The notes: generated from the sequence alone by a model not told the origin. A DNA stretch of 64,000 nt from Salpingoeca rosetta (GCA_033442325.1 JAWQFM010000013.1:1267065-1331064); one strand, 5' to 3'; numbered from the stretch's first letter, positions 25,908 to 46,600 are shown. Numbers and translations: made by a program.

Positions 25908-26386
25908 ATCAAGGGAAAGCGTGCAAGGCGCTCTCTTCCTTGCTTGATTAGCTGGCAACTTAACTGCACATATGAACGAGCATGATGTTGCACTCTTTGC
26001 CGTTGTTCTGCGCTCTGCAATTGGTCATCGCAGTTACGTTTACGACTATCGGCTTGACTCGGTTACACCAACAAGGCGAAATAGAAAGAACACAACCACC
26101 ATGTCAGGAATATGGATTACACTGTACAACGGGTGATAGCGAAGGTACAGCAGTGATGTACATTTGTGTGTGTGGTGAACCGCAACAGCATCTGCACAAG
26201 CGACACGTGCCTAATCCTCAACAGCCAAACAACATCAACCACCCATCCACTCCTCCAGCTGATTCAATAACCACTACATCATCAACACCACCATCGCGTT
26301 CATCCACCCTTCAGCACAGCCATCCGCCCCATTCTTGCAAGATTATCCACCCATCAATCCCTGACTTTACCCTGCACCGTCCATCA

Positions 26387-29984
<3,598 letters not shown>

Positions 29985-30250
29985 TGCGGTATCACGGGTC
30001 GCACGACACAGTGCTGGCCCCCATCATAGCTAGGCACAACCCCGCACGCAACACAGCCCTCAACGGCGCACAAACAAACACGCCTACCGCTTGGAACGCT
30101 TGCTCTGTCCTCGCCCACTCCGTCCGTGTCGCTTGCCACCCATCCCGCTTGCTTGCTTGCTTGTTTGTTGTCCCGTTTTTGCGCTGCACGAGAGCGTTGT
30201 TGTTTGTTTTGTTCGTGTGCAGCAGTCGGAGCAGGACTCACCATCAAGCG

Positions 30251-33506
<3,256 letters not shown>

Positions 33507-33925
33507 CAGCCGCACACCCACCACAGCCGGCTCTTGCCTCCTGTGCGGCACGGCCGTCACTCACGACGCTCCTCTGCTGCCTCAATGGTGCTGGGCTTGT
33601 GTTGTGCATGAACGTTATTTTACAAGATGTGACGAATTTGTTTGTCTGCTTCGTGTTACACAACGGAGTGCATGTGCACGTGCTACTGCTGTTACTCTTG
33701 CTTGTCGTTATGAAACTTGGATCATGCATGATGCCCCAACAAGTTGACTTTATGCACACATGAACAAGTTCTCGCAAAGAAAGCAATCTCCTCGACATCC
33801 TCCACATGTCACAGGCGCACACCTGCAAACATACCCATGCAACACGGACAAGCACACACACGCACGCACACGCACAGTCAACACAGGTGCAGCACAACAC
33901 TCTGCCGCTTCGCCGCTTCGCCGCC

Positions 33926-35011
33926 TCAAACATCAACGCTGTCGTGAACGTTGTGGTGGAGTGTTGCAGTCATTCCGTCCTCGTTCAGCGCTGCTAGGAT
34001 CATGTCCTGTGCAGCACCACCGCGCTGTTCCATGTTGATCGTCACGTGCCACTCGCCGCCTTCCTCGCCTGCCCGGACCAGCAAGTGCACCACCCAGCCC
34101 TCACGCTGCACCAGCCGTTGCAGCGTCTCGCGGATGCGCGTGAAGCTCTCTTGGGCGCTGCCTACAACCCTGACCGTGATCCACAGCTGCTGCCACGATG
34201 CTGGTGCTGGGGTCGTGGAGCCCCGCAGGGATGACAACGAGTCAGAACTGTCTGACGACAACCCATCACTGTCGCGATCATTATCATCATTGCCGTTGCC
34301 ACTCCTCTCGTCGGGTCGGCTCTGGGCTGAGGTTTCGCTGTTCCCATCCTCTGCCCCAAGTGGACGCAATGTGACGCTCATGGATGTGGGCTGCAGCTCA
34401 GTAACACGTTCCGGTTGGTCCGGCACCAACACCGTTGTCTGCAGTGGCACGAGTGTATGTGCCGGCACGAGTGGCTGCTGTGGCAGCTCCTGCGGCTGCT
34501 GCGGCTCCTGCGGCTGCTGCGGCTGTTCCAGGTGGACGGCGTTCGTTGCGGCCTCTTGCACGTGCAAGGCTGCGCGCATGCGCGCTGCACGCTCTCGCAG
34601 TGTCTGCACGGTGGAGGATACGTCCCTCACAACTTCATCATTGACATTCATCAGCAGTGACATCTGCTCGTACTGCTTTACCTCTGTCTCCAGTCGCTCT
34701 TCGACCTCGCGCAGCTGCTTCTGGAGCAGCTCTTTCAACTCGAGCGAGCGGCACACCAGCCTGTCGGCTTCCGCCACCACATTTTCTCCACGCAAAGGCG
34801 CCGTCTCTCGTACCGGCCGTGTCTCACCTCGCCTGCCCTCTCCCGTGGATTGCACACGAGCCTCAAGCTCGGCGCACCGCCGCATCATCACGTCGAACCG
34901 CTCTGCCGCTTCGCACTCCATCCTCTCCATCATGAAGCGCACTTCCCGGTGCAGGTCGGCCATCTCCGACCGAATGCGGTCAGTGTCGCTGCTGCGAATC
35001 CTAACACCCAT
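33926..35011 (-). CDS. Intronless hypothetical protein: N-terminal coiled coils and a small C-terminal alpha/beta domain
   Basis: Uninterrupted, non-repetitive ORF of about 360 aa from MGVRIRSSDTDRIRSEM, with heptad-like segments (SLELKELLQKQLREVEERLETEV). Confidence 0.6.
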   Translation of the reverse strand: MGVRIRSSDTDRIRSEMADLHREVRFMMERMECEAAERFDVMMRRCAELEARVQSTGEGRRGETRPVRETAPLRGENVVAEADRLVCRSLELKELLQKQLREVEERLETEVKQYEQMSLLMNVNDEVVRDVSSTVQTLRERAARMRAALHVQEAATNAVHLEQPQQPQEPQQPQELPQQPLVPAHTLVPLQTTVLVPDQPERVTELQPTSMSVTLRPLGAEDGNSETSAQSRPDERSGNGNDDNDRDSDGLSSDSSDSLSSLRGSTTPAPASWQQLWITVRVVGSAQESFTRIRETLQRLVQREGWVVHLLVRAGEEGGEWHVTINMEQRGGAAQDMILAALNEDGMTATLHHNVHDSVDV

Positions 35012-35029
35012 GACAGCAGACACGATTGC

Positions 35030-35081
35030 AGTGGTGGTGGTGGTGGTGGTGGTGGTGGTGGTGGTGGTGGTGGTGGTGGTG
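35030..35081. repeat. (GGT)n/(ACC)n trinucleotide repeat upstream of the orphan ORF
   Basis: About 17 ggt units. Confidence 0.9.
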
Positions 35082-35540
35082 GGTCGGCGAGCAACCCGCC
35101 TGTGAACACGCACGTCGGCATGGGCTGCGCGATGTCGCCAGTTCACGTGCGAGAGCGACAAGCACATCCAGTGGCGCTTCAAACCAAGGGTCAATTAACG
35201 AATGTGCAAGTCAGCAGACAGGGCACAATTGACGAGAGCACGATGGCATGGGAACTCACGGTTCTAGGGGCGTTAGTGGAAGCACTTTCTGTGTAACTTG
35301 AGCAGTCTCTTCGAGTTTGTACTCAGCAGTCGTATATTGAGCCATAGGGGAGCCGCTCCTGTGTCCATGTGTTTTGTTGCGTGGTTGTGTTGTGTTGTGT
35401 GTGTGTGTGTGTTGCGTGGTTGTGTTGTGTGTGTGTGTGTGTGAAGTGCACACAAGACGTCAGTCCATTCAAAGCAAGCCTTCCCTACTTCAGTTGACGC
35501 AGCGCTCAGTCGCAGTCCAGGTCAAGTGCAGTGCTACTTC

Positions 35541-35922
35541 TTACGTCTGGGTATCGAGGGACGTCTCGCGGGCAAGGCGAACGGGCTCCGCAGCCACAGC
35601 AACGCGCATGTGCATCTCCTCCTCTGGCACTGGCGTGGGCGCCGACGTCTTCTTCACCTCGTTGTACACCTCCTTTGCCAGGAAGACAACAAAGGCCACA
35701 AGCGACAGCAGCGCAATCACAAAGAAGATGCACGAAACGGCGTAGGATGCACTGCTGCTGTCTGGGTCGTTCTGTTCAGTGAGCGCAACCAGTATGGTAG
35801 GCACGAGTTTGGGTGGGAGGTGAATGGTGCGTGTGGGTAAGAAAGACAGAGAGCGATTGTATATGTGTGTGTGTGAGTGAGCGTGTATGTGTGTGAGTGA
35901 GTGAGTGAGTGAGTGTGTGAGT

Positions 35923-35962
<40 letters not shown>

Positions 35963-36501
35963 ACATGAGGATAAAACAGCGCCAACAGCAGCATGACAAT
36001 GAACGTGTAACTAATGTGTTTGACGATGTGATGTGACAAGGGAGCGCAAACATGCAGGCCGCAGAGTGAGCGTGCCAGGCAACGCTGACGGACAACAACG
36101 AGCCGGCACAATGGAGTCTGGACGCGTACTGCAATGTCGCACACTGTCTAGGACTCAGCACTTGGCATCACTCACGTAGTGGTTGTTGCGGTCTTGATCA
36201 AAGAGGTAGGCAATGCCAGCAAGGATTCCAATCATCTTGAGAGCAAACATGATCATGTACGCATAGAGGTACTTGACAGATCCCAGCATGGGCAAGTTGT
36301 CCCTGTCATCACAAGAGTTGTGGCAATCATGGAATGGCACATCGAACATCAGGCGCAACAAAGGCCAGGATCAAGTCAGGACAGTTATGTGGCAGAGGGC
36401 ATAGCACAAATTGAGTGGGTGCACAAGAGTCAGATGGCTGGGTGGATAAACAAGACACAATGTACACAATCGGTCTTGCACACGCTCATGCATCCATAAA
36501 C

Positions 36502-36547
<46 letters not shown>

Positions 36548-37612
36548 ACGCGCGCTCGTATCCATACACGGACCTGATGGCCTTGATGGGGTCTTCGCCA
36601 TCAATTTTCACGGGGGAGTCGGTCATGCTGCCGTAAAATGCGACGAGGTAGAAGGTGCTCAAGATCACGTAGCACACGCAAAGGCCAATCACATCCACGT
36701 CCTCCAGGCCAAAGACGCTCCTACCAACGTGCGAAGCAACAGTACATACCGGTGCGCAATATCAACTCACCGCGGACTATGTCGCGTGCACCATCACACG
36801 CACAAGCACACACGCACACAAGCACACAAGCACACAAGCACACACACACGCACACAAACACACACACGCACGCAAGCACGCACGCACACAAGCACGCACG
36901 CACACAAGCACACACGCACACGCACACAAGCACACACACACACACACCAGAACACGACTGCCAGCGAGTACACGACGACGGCCTGAGAGATGAACAGGAG
37001 CCCAAAAGCAAAAAGGGCAAACTTCTTGGCTTGCTTGTGTTGCAGACCACCGACAAGCAAACGCACAGCTGTGATGGGACAAAAACGAGGAGGACCAGTA
37101 GCACGTAAATAATGGTCATGATGAATGCACGCAGCTGAGTACATATGGCGGCCAAGGTGATACGGTGCGGCGCACATGCACACATAAATAAAACAACAAA
37201 AATCGTTCACTCACGTACACGTGCGTCGACATACACAACCACATGCAACACAGAGTGCACAGCAAACCAACTACAGCTTGTCCCACAGCCCTCTCACGAT
37301 GGCTTGTTGCTGTAATCTGTGACGATGGAGCAGCACATCCGTCGCGGGCATGTTGTAGATGGGGAATGGGCACATGATACTCATGCCGTGAGATACTTGA
37401 CATTTAAGGCATCTTTCAATGCAATCAGAGCGACGCAAGCGATTTGACATGCTGTTCGTTGGCAGGGATGCGAACACGGCACACGACACTGCGCTGACCT
37501 TGACACTTGGAACGAGGATGAGGAGTGGGCCTGCCAGCATATAGAGGGCACCGAGGGTCAAGCTGGACCGCACCAGCTGCACAACCGGATCCGCAGTGGC
37601 AGCGGACTCCAT
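35541..37612 (-). CDS. Uncharacterised multi-pass (about 7-8 TM) membrane protein; multi-exon
   Basis: Hydrophobic exons: [144 protein letters not shown]. Hydrophilic C-tail ends ETSLDTQT*. Confidence 0.55.
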
Positions 37613-37744
37613 TTCCACAGCGACGGCAACACACTGCATTGGTGTGGAGGCGTGTGCATTTGTGCACATCAAACATGTACTCGTTAGCGCATGTTCGCGC
37701 ACGTTCATCTCGAGTGTTGCATTTCACACGCGACGAAACGTGCC

Positions 37745-38235
37745 TTATGTGTACCAACAAGCGTGACGAGGCGTGTCGACACACGAGCATACAGGTTCAA
37801 CCGCCCTTGGTGAACGGCACGAGGACACGAGACAATGTTGACGCTTCAAATTGATAGATCGACAGACACGAAAACAGACGCACACACGAGTGAGCAAGGG
37901 CACGCTACCACAGCCCGAAGTATGCTCAGGCAAACCCCCACACGTGCAACTCCTTGTTGGCGACGTACAATGTAGACGAAGACGTATGCTCCAAAGAGGT
38001 AGAGGGCGCACATGATGCGTGGCACAAGCTTGACGGTGTCCATCAGCACTTCAAGGAGCTCCTTCAGGAACATGAACGCGCCTGCGATCAGACCCGCAAT
38101 GAAAAAGGCACTGGAGCAACAAGAGAGAGAAAGGGGGAGGGGGGTGGGTGGGAGAACAGGGAGCAAAAAAAGAGTGAAACGAGAATCGTGTGTGAGAGAA
38201 ACTTTTGAAGCAGGGCAACGCTTGGCAATGTGCAA

Positions 38236-38292
<57 letters not shown>

Positions 38293-38353
38293 GCTGAGGA
38301 ACAAGTTCCTGCCATTCCACTTGGGGCAGGTTATCTGGGAGAACCGCCGTCAT
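37745..38353 (-). CDS. Small putative membrane protein, or 5' exons of the adjacent multi-pass gene
   Basis: MTAVLPDNLPQVEWQELVPQR splices in phase 2 to AFFIAGLIAGAFMFLKELLEVLMDTVKLVPRIMCALYLFGAYVFVYI. The 3' end is unresolved. Confidence 0.4.
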
Positions 38354-38464
38354 GATTGCAGGCTTGAGGAAGGGAGGGTTGCGAGGAAGGTAGGCGATGA
38401 GTGATTGGCCTTTTTCTTTTTTTTCTTTCGGGTTTAGGGTTGAAGGTCAAGGGGTTCAGGCCAA

Positions 38465-38495
38465 ACTGAATTCAGTGTGTCAGACTGAATTCAGT
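38465..38495. promoter_or_regulatory. Two copies of the 12-bp palindrome ACTGAATTCAGT in a divergent promoter
   Basis: Copies at 38465-38476 and 38484-38495, upstream of the glucuronokinase gene. Confidence 0.5.
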
Positions 38496-38573
38496 GACAT
38501 GACGGGAGCATCCACTATCGACACACAAACTGACGCGCACCCAGCACAGGCACAACACCCCCATCGAAGCAGC

Positions 38574-39744
38574 ATGAAGTGCGTGATCCTTGTGGCTGGA
38601 CATGCGACACGGCTTGAAGCCGAGCTTCGAGCAGACACAAGCGGAAAGTATGCTTCCTTAGTGGGTATCCCGAAAGCGCTGCTGCCTGGACCCGATGGCC
38701 GCCCCATCCTGGACCAATGGTGGGCCGCTGTCAACACGGCATCCCACATCTCATCCGACGTCTACCTCGTCACGGTAATGTGTGTGTGCGTGTGTACGTG
38801 TGTGCGCGCGTGTGTGCGTGCGTGTGTGCGTGTGTTCGTGCGTGTGTTCGTGCGTGTGTGCGTGCGTGTGTGTGTGCGTGAATGTGTGTGTGTGAATGTG
38901 TGTGTGTGCGTGTTTGGTGCTCGACCGACGATTGTCCAATGTAATGATCCATATTCAACCCCCCCTCCTCTCTTCCCCCACACACATACACACACATACA
39001 CACATAACACGCACACCCTCACAGAATGCGGAAAAGTACAAACATTATGAACGTTGGGCGACAGCCAACGGCTTTCCGCGGCAGAACATCATCAACGATG
39101 GCACAACAAGCAGCACGGGCGGCATTGGGGCCATTGCGGATTTGGATTTGGCCATCCGCAGCCGCTCCATTGATGACGACCTGCTCGTCGTCTCAGGTGA
39201 CATGCTGTTCAACCCAAAGAGCTTCGACCTCGACGGCGTCCTGCAGTACTTCAAGGCACGCGGTGGTGAGCTCTCTTGCTACTACGCCATGCACCCTGGT
39301 GAGGATAGCACGTCTCGCGGCATCCTCGAGCTCAACGAAGACCACCAAGTCACCAACTTCTTTGAGAAGCCAAAGCCAGGTGCGTGGTGTGTGATATGTG
39401 TGATATGCGAGCGTGTGTGTGTGATGTGATATGTGTATGAAATGTGTGATATGTGTGTTTAGATGTATGCATTCATCTATTGCCTGCACAAGGCTTTTGC
39501 GTGGCGAGGGGAAACAGCGGAGCTCCCGATCTTTGTGGCTGTTTGTCTCGTCTTGCTCAAATGTTTGTTTCCTTTCATTCGCGACGCAGGCACGACCACA
39601 TCTCGGCTTGCGAGCGTGGTGCTGTACTGCTTCAAGCGGGAGACCCTTGGCCTGATCCGCAAGTTTGCTGAGGACGCGGCGACAACGCGGCGGTCGCTCG
39701 GCCATCTCATGGAGGCTCTCGTTAAGCAGGTCAGGGGACGTGCA

Positions 39745-39834
<90 letters not shown>

Positions 39835-42800
39835 GTGTGTGTGTGTGTGTGTGTTGTGTGTGTGTGTGTGAAGACAGGATACGTCGATAGCTCTTGGCTG
39901 TTTGGCTGTCTGGGTGTCCTTGCGTACTGCGGACGGTCTTCTGCACCATGTCGTGTCGCATGTTTTAACTCACAACTGCATGTATGCCTTTCTCTGCCAC
40001 GGTAGACACCTGTGTATGGCATGAAGCTCCCGGACCACTTTGGCCTGATTGGCGCCGTTGGCGTGAAGGAATACCACCAGTGCCTGCAGGCAGCACAGGC
40101 AGAGCGAAGCGGGCGAAGTGTCGGCCCCATTGTCCGCCGCGCGTATGCACGTGTCGGGTTGATGGGGAACCCAAGCGACGGCTTCTTTGGCAAGACCATC
40201 AGCCTTGCCATTCGGAACTACTGGGCACAGGCCACCATCACCCCAAACGACACCTTGGTTGGTCAGTGTGTGTTCTTGTTGTGTGTGTGGTTGTGTTGGT
40301 GTTGTACGTAGGCGCGTGTGTGCGTGCGTGTGCGTGTTTGTGTGTTCCCACCTGTGCAATTGCCCTCCACTCTTCACGCACACACACGCACGCACACACA
40401 CGCACGCACACTGTGGCTGTGACCACCAGCGACGATCACATTCTACAGTGCACGTTCAACTCCTTCAACTCAGCCCAGCTCGTTTTGCCTGTGCCACTTG
40501 TGCTGCTCCCAACTGCAAACAGGTGCTTGAGCCACACCCCCTGAACGATCCGACCGAATTTGGCTCGCTCGCTGATCTCTGCGGCATTAGCAAGAAGGAG
40601 GGCTACCAGGGCGGCCTTCGCCTCATGCAGGTGGCGTCGTGGCGGTGATGTTGTTGGTGCGGTGATGCGAGGACGCGCATCGTAGCAGTTGCACTGTGGC
40701 CAACGTGCTTTCAATGTGTCCGTCGCAGTGTTTTGGTCCCTCTCGCCTTTGTGCTCACATACATCCATACGCACACACGCACGTACACACGCACACATAC
40801 ACATCCACACACATACATATGCGCACACATGCACACACATGCACACGTATGCCTGCAGGCAACGTGCAAAAAGTTCTTTGAGTTTTGTTCGGAGCGCGGC
40901 ATCGCCATTGCTCGCAGGAACTTCAGGCTCAAATATGACACCAATATCCCACGACAGGTGGCGCACCTGCTCGGCTGTGCTGCTGTTCTCCTGAACTGAA
41001 GATGGCTTTTGGGTATTGTTTGCTGCGTGTAGCAACTACAGCAGGACGCGAACTCCCTGACGGCTCCTGTCTTTGCTTGCTTGCATGCTTTGTTTTGCTT
41101 TCATGCTTGCTTGTACGCACATGCTCATTACCAGCCTCATTGCTGCGTGTTCATGTGTATGTGTATGTGTATGTGTACATGTGTGCAGGTTGGACTTGCG
41201 GGCAGCTCCGCCATTTGCACTGCCGTGCTGAAATGCCTTGTCGCCTTCTTCAACCTGACGCAAGAGGATTTCCCGCTGCCAGTTCAGGTGCCAAATGTTG
41301 CTTGCATGCACGGTTCCAGCAGCTGTTGCGTTGCTTGTGCATGCTTGTACCAAATGTTGAATTGCCTACATTTGCTGCTCAGGTGCAGACTGAAGAGTAG
41401 CAAGGGCTTGCGGATATACACACCCCACTAACTTTGTTTCCAGCCCTCACAACCAAAGCACCACCACCGACCTCTCACGTGCACCACCTCAAGGCCAACT
41501 TTGTGCTGAGTGTGGAGACGCAAGAGCTTGGCATCAATGCAGGCCTGCAGGACCGCGTAATTCAGGCGTACAACGGGTGTGTGTACATGGACTTTTCAAA
41601 GGAGATTATGGACGCGCAAGGGTACGGCCACTACGAGCAGCTCCCCGTCAGCAAGGTTGGTTGATGAGGCGATGACGGTGGTGGTGGCACGTGCGTCGTG
41701 GTGGTGGTGGTGGTGCTGTTCTGTTTGATGTGCCACACATCACACACGACAACTGACCTGTGCTCCTTTCCACCCACACCCTCACCCACACCCTCACCCA
41801 CACCCTCACCCACACCCTCACCCACACCCTCACTAACTCGCCCACCCTGCCACCAGCTTCCCCAGTTCTGGCTCGGGTACTTGGCGGACCCGAGCGACTC
41901 TGGGAAGATTCACAGCAACATTCGCCAGCGCTACAACAGCGGCGAAGAGGCCGTCGTCAGGTAAGCGTGGACAAATGGGTGGTAGGGCGGTGGCGGTGTT
42001 GCGGGTACAGGTTGGTTGGTGAGTGGAGGTGACAAAGGGCATGTTGGTCGACGCAACGCTTCTTGTGTGTAATTGCAGCCACCAATACATGTGTATGCTT
42101 ACTCACGTGACACACACACACGCGCACACATACACACACACGCACACTCACTCACTTGCACATTGACAGTGGGATGCAGCAGTTTGCTGCGTTTACGGAC
42201 GCGGCACGAGCAGCGATTCTGAGCGGACAGCACAACACCCTCGCAGATCTCATGGACAAGAACTTCGAGTGGGTGAACTCGCCAGTGTTGCAGGGGGGAA
42301 GTGTAGGGTGGGGTGGTGAGGATGATCGTGGTGGTTGCAACGCGTTGTTGGAGAAACCAGATGAAGAAGTTGAGAGCGTGTGTTTCGGCAAGTGCACGTC
42401 AGTGTTCGTTGTTGGTGGTGTGGTGCGGTTGTGCGGCATTCCCACCCATGCGCGCACTCACACGCACTTGACCTCCGTACTGTGCAATTGCACGATCATG
42501 CGTGCATGTGTGTCATGGCCTCCCCTGCCTCTCAGCCTGCGTCGGCAGCTGTACGGAGACGAGTGTCTTGGCGAAGCGAACCTGAAGATGGTCGCAATTG
42601 CCCGCAAGCACAACTCGGTGTGTGTGTGTGTCTGTGTGTGTATGTGTGTGTGTGTGTGTGTTTACGATGTGTACATGTCGTGTGCGTGTGTGTGTGTGTG
42701 TGTGTGTGCAAAGGTTTAGGAGGGTCAACATGTGCAGCTTGGTCTGTTATGCCTTCGCATTGTTCATCTCACATCAGCAACCTCTTTGATCATGGCCCGT

Positions 42801-43009
42801 GACATTGCCGTGCAACCATACGCTTCGCCAGGCCGTGAAGTTTCCTGGCAGCGGCGGTGCCGTCGTTGGACTCTGCAGGAATTCAGGTCTGCGCTTGCTC
42901 CTGTCATCTTGCCGAGCGTTTTTGGCGCATGTGATGGCAGAGGCGTCTTGTTGCGCAACCATCATTCACGTTCTCATGCCTCACATGCACCCACACCCAC
43001 ACACCAACA

Positions 43010-43084
<75 letters not shown>

Positions 43085-43085
43085 G

Positions 43086-43153
<68 letters not shown>

Positions 43154-43271
43154 AAACACACACACACACACACCAACAGAGTCGATGCGTGCGCTGCAAG
43201 AGGAATTTGAGGCGAACAACTTCGTGTTTGTGAAAGTGATTCCACGTGGCCAGGATGAACCACACGAGTGA
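38574..43271 (+). CDS. gkup: Bifunctional nucleotidyltransferase (putative UDP-sugar pyrophosphorylase) plus glucuronokinase (GHMP kinase); multi-exon
   Basis: N-domain [14 protein letters not shown]...IPKALLP...YKHYERWA...IINDGT...LVVSGDMLF. Kinase domain [38 protein letters not shown] (GHMP P-loop), [36 protein letters not shown]. Confidence 0.92.
43020..43170. repeat. (CT)n followed by (CA)n microsatellite in the last gkup intron
   Basis: Directly visible. Confidence 0.9.
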
Positions 43272-43666
43272 TGTGATGGACGGACACGACCCGGCAGGTT
43301 ACAGCAGTAGTTGCGTTTTCTCCGCACTTTTCTTTTTTCGACTGCGGTGTACACTTGCCATCGCCCACTGCCGTGTTACAGCATGTTCTCTCCGGTTACA
43401 ATGAAGCCCTTTTTCGTCGTGGGAACATTTGAAACAACAACGCGGAATGTAACAACAATTGTGCAGTGTCGTGATTGCACCACGCCTCTGCTCTTTGCTC
43501 TCTCTCCTCTCTGTTCCGATGCTTTCTCATGCTGGCCTGTCGTCACGAACGGTCCTCCCCTCTCTCACCTACCATTTGCCACCACCACGGCAAGTACACC
43601 AGCAACACGACCAGTTCAACACACACACACACACACACACACACGCCACCAGGATTGTCACCTCTG

Positions 43667-46600
43667 TCATGAGCTGTCGCCCTCACTGCTGCCCTGTGCG
43701 TCATCAAAGACAGCGATGCCGGGGCAGCTGCCGTTGATGTAACTGTACACCACCTGTGGTAACAGCGAGGGGGAGGAAGAGCAGATGTGAATGAAGAGAA
43801 GTGGTAAAGAAGATGAGATGGAAGATTGGACAGTGGCGAAGGTGTCAGCAAACGAAGGAAGTGCAGATAGAGGGCAGAGAGTGAACTGTCCATGTGCAGA
43901 GAGGATAGAACTGTGCATAGGCGTATACACACGCACACACACACTCACTCACACTCACACACAGACATCACAGCGCACCTTTGGCATGTCAAAGTGCTTC
44001 ATGACGGCACGAAGAAGACACAACTTCGGCACGACAAGCTGCGGCTCTGCATACCCGCGCCTGTGTTGTGACCAAACCACGGCGATAGTGTGGTTTGTGA
44101 TGATGTGAAATGTGATGGTTTTGCGGTGTGAGACAGGGCAGGTCGTGTGCTGATCGACGAAAGACAGCAGGCACGTGTCATCCTTACATGAACACGCTTG
44201 CAATCACATGTACATACAAGCAAATGCAGACACGCGCACGTGTGTAAACACGTTCAGGCGTACTCTTGGAAGGTTGATGTTGGGAGATTGGCGACCAGAT
44301 CCAGTGCACGGTCCATGTCAGCCTGGCTAAACGCGTTTTGTTCCAGTGTTTTTGCCGCAATGGCAAAGATGCTGGACTCTTCTCCAAACGACATGATCGT
44401 GGCGCCTATCACAACCCATGCAGCAACATGGAACAGGCTGTCAGCACACTCTTCAACGCACAAATGCACATGTCAACATCAAGTACGTGCGCATGTGTGT
44501 GTGTATGTATGTATGTGTGTGTCTGTATGTGCGTGTGTGTGTGTGTGTGTGTGTATGTGTGTGTGTGTGTGTGTGTGTGCACCTGGCGTCTGCTGGCGTG
44601 CGGCATCAAATCGGCCTGCGAGGAGCGGCGATGGCGGGGGGAGAGACGCGGATATGTGATCGACAACGCGCGTCATCTCATCGCGCGTGACGGGGTGCGG
44701 ATCCGATGTGTCTGCCGTCAACCGCTCTTGTCCTCTGCACACAACACAGAGGTGTGTGTTGTGTGTGTGCGTTTTGCATTGTGTGTGTGTGTGTGTGTGT
44801 TTTGCGTTGTGTGTGTGCGTTTTGTGTTGTGTGTACACGCGGGGACCACAGGGAACGATAGAAGGACAAGCTCAGTAATGGCTTGACGCAGCAGCGTCGT
44901 GCATGCATGAAGGAATCAGGGGGTTGAGATGAGAAAGATACCTGACGGAGCACATGAGCGCCTCCAGCGCTGGGATGGTGCCCCACTGGCCCTCAAACAC
45001 TTCAACATCTGACATTGCAGCAAACCAGGCAGCAATCGCCAGCACAAAATGGAAATGAACAACTTGACGACGGTCGGAAAACTTCACACATGCACACTCA
45101 CTGCGGGAAGCGCACACAACTGCAAAGCATGCAAGGGTACATACACATGATGACACTCACTCACACACACTCATTCACACACACACACACTCACACACAC
45201 TCACTCACTCACTCACTCACTCACTCACTCACTCACTCACTCACTCACTCACTCACACACACACACTTGGGATTGGTCCGGTTGCGTCTGGCTTGGCAAC
45301 GGTGATCTGGAAACTGGCAGCGCCGCTGTCATACGCAATCACGTGGTCAACTACACAGCAACACGCACACACACATACACACATTCATATATTCGTGTGA
45401 AGGCAGGAAATCACAACACACACACGCACACACACACACACGCACACACACGCACACACACACGCACACACACACGCACACACACACATGAGCCACGCCC
45501 ACAAGTGCAGCAAGTCAAGCTCTTACGCGGTGTGGATGCTGGCATGGCGGACTTAGCGGAGAGGAAGCCGACCTTGCCTTCGACTGCTTGCGATATGACG
45601 CGCACATCCATTCCCAGTTCTCGTTTCACCCGGTCCAAAAACGCGGGGCCATTCTCAGCCTTGCGAAACACCTGTTGGCGCGGCGACAGTGAGTGGATTG
45701 GAGCTGTGTTCCGTGTGAGAGGAGCTGCGTGAAGGGAATGTCCACGAGAAGATAGACCTGCCACTCTCATTGAAACCAATCATATATGTGCTTGTGTGTG
45801 TTTGCTTGCTTGTTTGTGCATGGGTGTGTTTGTTGCTTGCTTGTTTGTTTGCTTGCTTGCTTGTTTGTTTGTTTGCTTGTACATGTGGGTGTGTGCAAAG
45901 ACGCTACTGCATACGCAATGCGCTCATACAAGTGCAAGGTTCTTGCCTGTGTTGCGGCCCCGCTGATGCGCTGAGCCCCGAGCTCCGTCGCGGTTTTCTT
46001 TTTGCATCGTTCACAAAAGCCGAATGTTGGCACAAATCAAGAAACACAAGTAGCAGGTCACACAGAGTGACGTGAGCGATTGTGTGAATATAAACTCCAC
46101 CCACACGCACACGCACACACACATGCAGCCACGCACGCACATGTACACACAGCGAGTCTGTTATACCTTGAAGTCTTTGAGGACCGTCATGCCGTGTGTG
46201 GTAATCTTGTCGCTCAGGTTCTTATGCCCGTTCATGGCATAGTCATGTGCAAAGAACACTTCTCGCTGGATGGTGGTCATGCACACACACACACACATAA
46301 GTGCCAGGTGAGCTTCAGAACAGAAATGCCTTGTGCGTGTGTGTGTGTGTGTTTGTGTGATTATGTGTGTGTGTACGTGTGTGTATTTGTGTAAGTCCGG
46401 CTTTACAGCATCGTACTGTGAGCGTGCTTCCTTGTTTGGGCCAAGACCATCTGCTGTTGTGGACATGGGACCCAGCACCGCATCAGCACGTTCATACGTA
46501 CGTGCTCGGAGAACAACGTCTCCACGACGGCTCCGCCCTTGAGCACGACCACATCCATCTTTGTTCGGCCTGCAGCAATACCACGCACACACACACACAC

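Noticed and set aside
33951-35105. 384-aa plus-strand ORF
   Set aside because: Antisense shadow of the minus-strand coiled-coil ORF, with a Ser/Cys/Arg-rich composition typical of non-coding frames.
38430-38441. GGGTTTAGGGTT telomere/telobox-like sequence
   Set aside because: Fewer than two repeat units; too short to support an interstitial telomere or a telobox call.
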